A DNA stretch of 64,000 nucleotides from Marsupella aquatica (Eukaryota > Plantae > Marchantiophyta): NCBI GenBank assembly GCA_973895155.1, contig OZ316893.1, forward strand, positions 21,436,955-21,500,954. The letters are read 5' to 3'. Position 1 is the stretch's first letter; each line of letters opens with the position of its first letter. The notes beneath the pieces are model-generated. The model had not been told where the DNA came from and did no database searches. It saw nothing but the letters and a program-made list of their open reading frames with translations. Positions 62,001 to 64,000 of this stretch are shown here, one piece after another. The position numbers and the translations under genes are program-made.

Positions 62001-64000
62001 TCTTTCCATGTGATGTGTCATTTTTGCGGAAGTAGGAACCCCAGGTTTGCTGCAACTTTCATTGGGGTTGAGTTGGGTTAGGTGGTCAGGTTAGCTGGTC
62101 TGGTCTTCCCTTCAACCCCACCGTTGTTCACCATGGGGCCCTTCATAAATCTGGCCCACCAATGCCTTTATGAAAACAAAGAAAAAAAAATTAACAAGAA
62201 GGATCCTGTTACACTAGCACTCTATTTGACTTAGCTGAGGAGGATATATGAAGTCAGCCATGCATGCATGCACGTTTGATGTGGATGCACTCATGATGTG
62301 TGAACGTAGGGAAACGCATCTGTACATCATACAAAAACATACATACGCATACATGCATGCCTATGCACATGCACATGCATACACATGTCCACACAGTACC
62401 TCCCTCATACGTACATCAGCATATACGTAGACATCGATCCAGAATCATACAATTATTTATTTTCTCTAAAACCCTTTTTCTAGGTGTGAGGTAGCCTTTT
62501 TCAATCAGTTTGGGAGAGGCCAGGGGGAGAGTCCTCTCCTGGCCCTGAGGTGGTTATTGACATATACAATTTTGACACGTGAATGTTAGGGTGGCTTTAG
62601 AGGATACTGGTGGCCCTTTGCTTCTTACTATTCACTCTGAAAATTGGAGAGTGTAATGAGTGGATATGGGCTGTAGTTGGCTTTACAAGAGTTGGGACCA
62701 TTTAGGTATGGTGTCTTCCTTTCCTATATGGCCAGCTGTGGGCCCAAGGAAATGCTCATGTGGTATGCTTACTCCAAACATTTTCCACCATTGGTTGCTT
62801 CATTCAAGTGTTTTGCATTTATTGAACTTTGCTTCAGAAGATTTGGGTATGGAGTCTATCTTTAAAACAAGAAGTGGCAGTCCAGTTAGCTTTGGTGAAA
62901 AATAGTCACAAATGCCCGTGACGTGTTGTAAAGCCACCCTTCGTCATTAAATTCTCCTACATTCAAGGAGAACCATTCTACTTGGCAATTTCTCCCTCAG
63001 CAAAACATATATCTTTGCTATAATTCTCAATGAAGTGTGATTTGTCTAGTAAGTAACAAGAAAATTTGATATTTAGAATGTAGTTTTTAACTACATTGCC
63101 AAAGATGTTCCAATTGACAATACTCACATTATTTTATTATATTTCCAAATATGCCACAATTGTTGGTAAGGTTAACTAGGGCACAATTTAACCTTGGTTA
63201 AGGGTTTCCGGTGAAGACTAGTCAAGAGGGGATATACCCTTGTGAGAGTATTTTTTGTGTGCTCATACTTAGGTATCAATCTGAGGAGAGGAGATTGAGA
63301 GGGAGAGAAGAATATTGTCCTAGAGCACCTTGCAAGCTTGTTAGGCTATGGCAGATGTAGATTGTGCATAGTGATTCTTCTCTTGGTCATGAATGTAGCC
63401 TAGACGGGGTAAATCACCTATCTTTGTGTCCATATTGGTTTTCTTGTTGTCGGTGGTTCTCTCTAAAGTGTGTTGTTGCGATATTTCCCAACAACTATTG
63501 TTGTGTATAGATAAGGGTATATATACAAAACTGTGCCATGTTTGTAAATACAATAAAATAGATGCAACAAGTGTTATCAATTGGAACATCTTTATTGGCA
63601 AGGTAGTTAAAACTTGATTTTGACTATGGTTGTGAGCTAGTAGTGACAGGCATGGGCAGTCTGAGTACAAGGAGCCCTTCCTCTGCATGCACACAGGCTT
63701 TTGGGTCAGTGTGTTTGTTAATTAGTATAAGGTTGGTATTAAAAAGCTTTTAGGACTATGCTCAGGACTATGGTATCTAGATAAACCAGCATGACAATTT
63801 CTTTAGGGTAACTAAACTTGTAAGCATCCCCCAAACAAAAGTAAAGTAGCTTGTCTTGTTTCCCACTCACAAATAGTCTGTGGTGAGAAGAATTATTAAT
63901 CAGTCCTTTCTAGGGTTGGGATGTATATTTTATGAACCACCTAAAGGCAATAAATAAATTAGTGTTAAATAATTGGTACTTGTGTCCTCTCCTCACTTCT

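Noticed and set aside
63161-63600. Possible solo LTR starting TGTTGG
   Set aside because: No matching end, TSD or second copy was found in the window.

Overview
Eukaryotic land-plant nuclear DNA: GT-AG introns, plant-type genes and a repeat-rich intergenic background. A non-seed plant or bryophyte is plausible but is only inference. Host genes: two 3-exon HdeD/DUF308-like membrane-protein paralogs facing away from each other (70-1370 minus, 25359-27668 plus), USB1 (6 exons, minus), a Bet v1/START-fold gene (minus), a BSP/PR-17 zincin-like gene (minus), TIM22 (plus) and a PHD-homeodomain PRH/HAT3.1-like gene (plus). The standout is a decayed Ty3/Gypsy-type gag-pol at 13656-21020 with the order Gag-2xCCHC-protease-C5 DNA cytosine methyltransferase (DNMT3-like)-RT-RNaseH-integrase-PHD finger. 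It is a retroelement carrying both a methylation writer and a chromatin reader, and I could find no LTR pair for it. The window also holds an intact non-autonomous Copia-like element with 138-bp LTRs and a 5-bp TSD (29302-33026), foldback/MITE-like inverted repeats, tRNA-derived repeats and several minisatellites. Exon boundaries were read by eye and no database searches were run.
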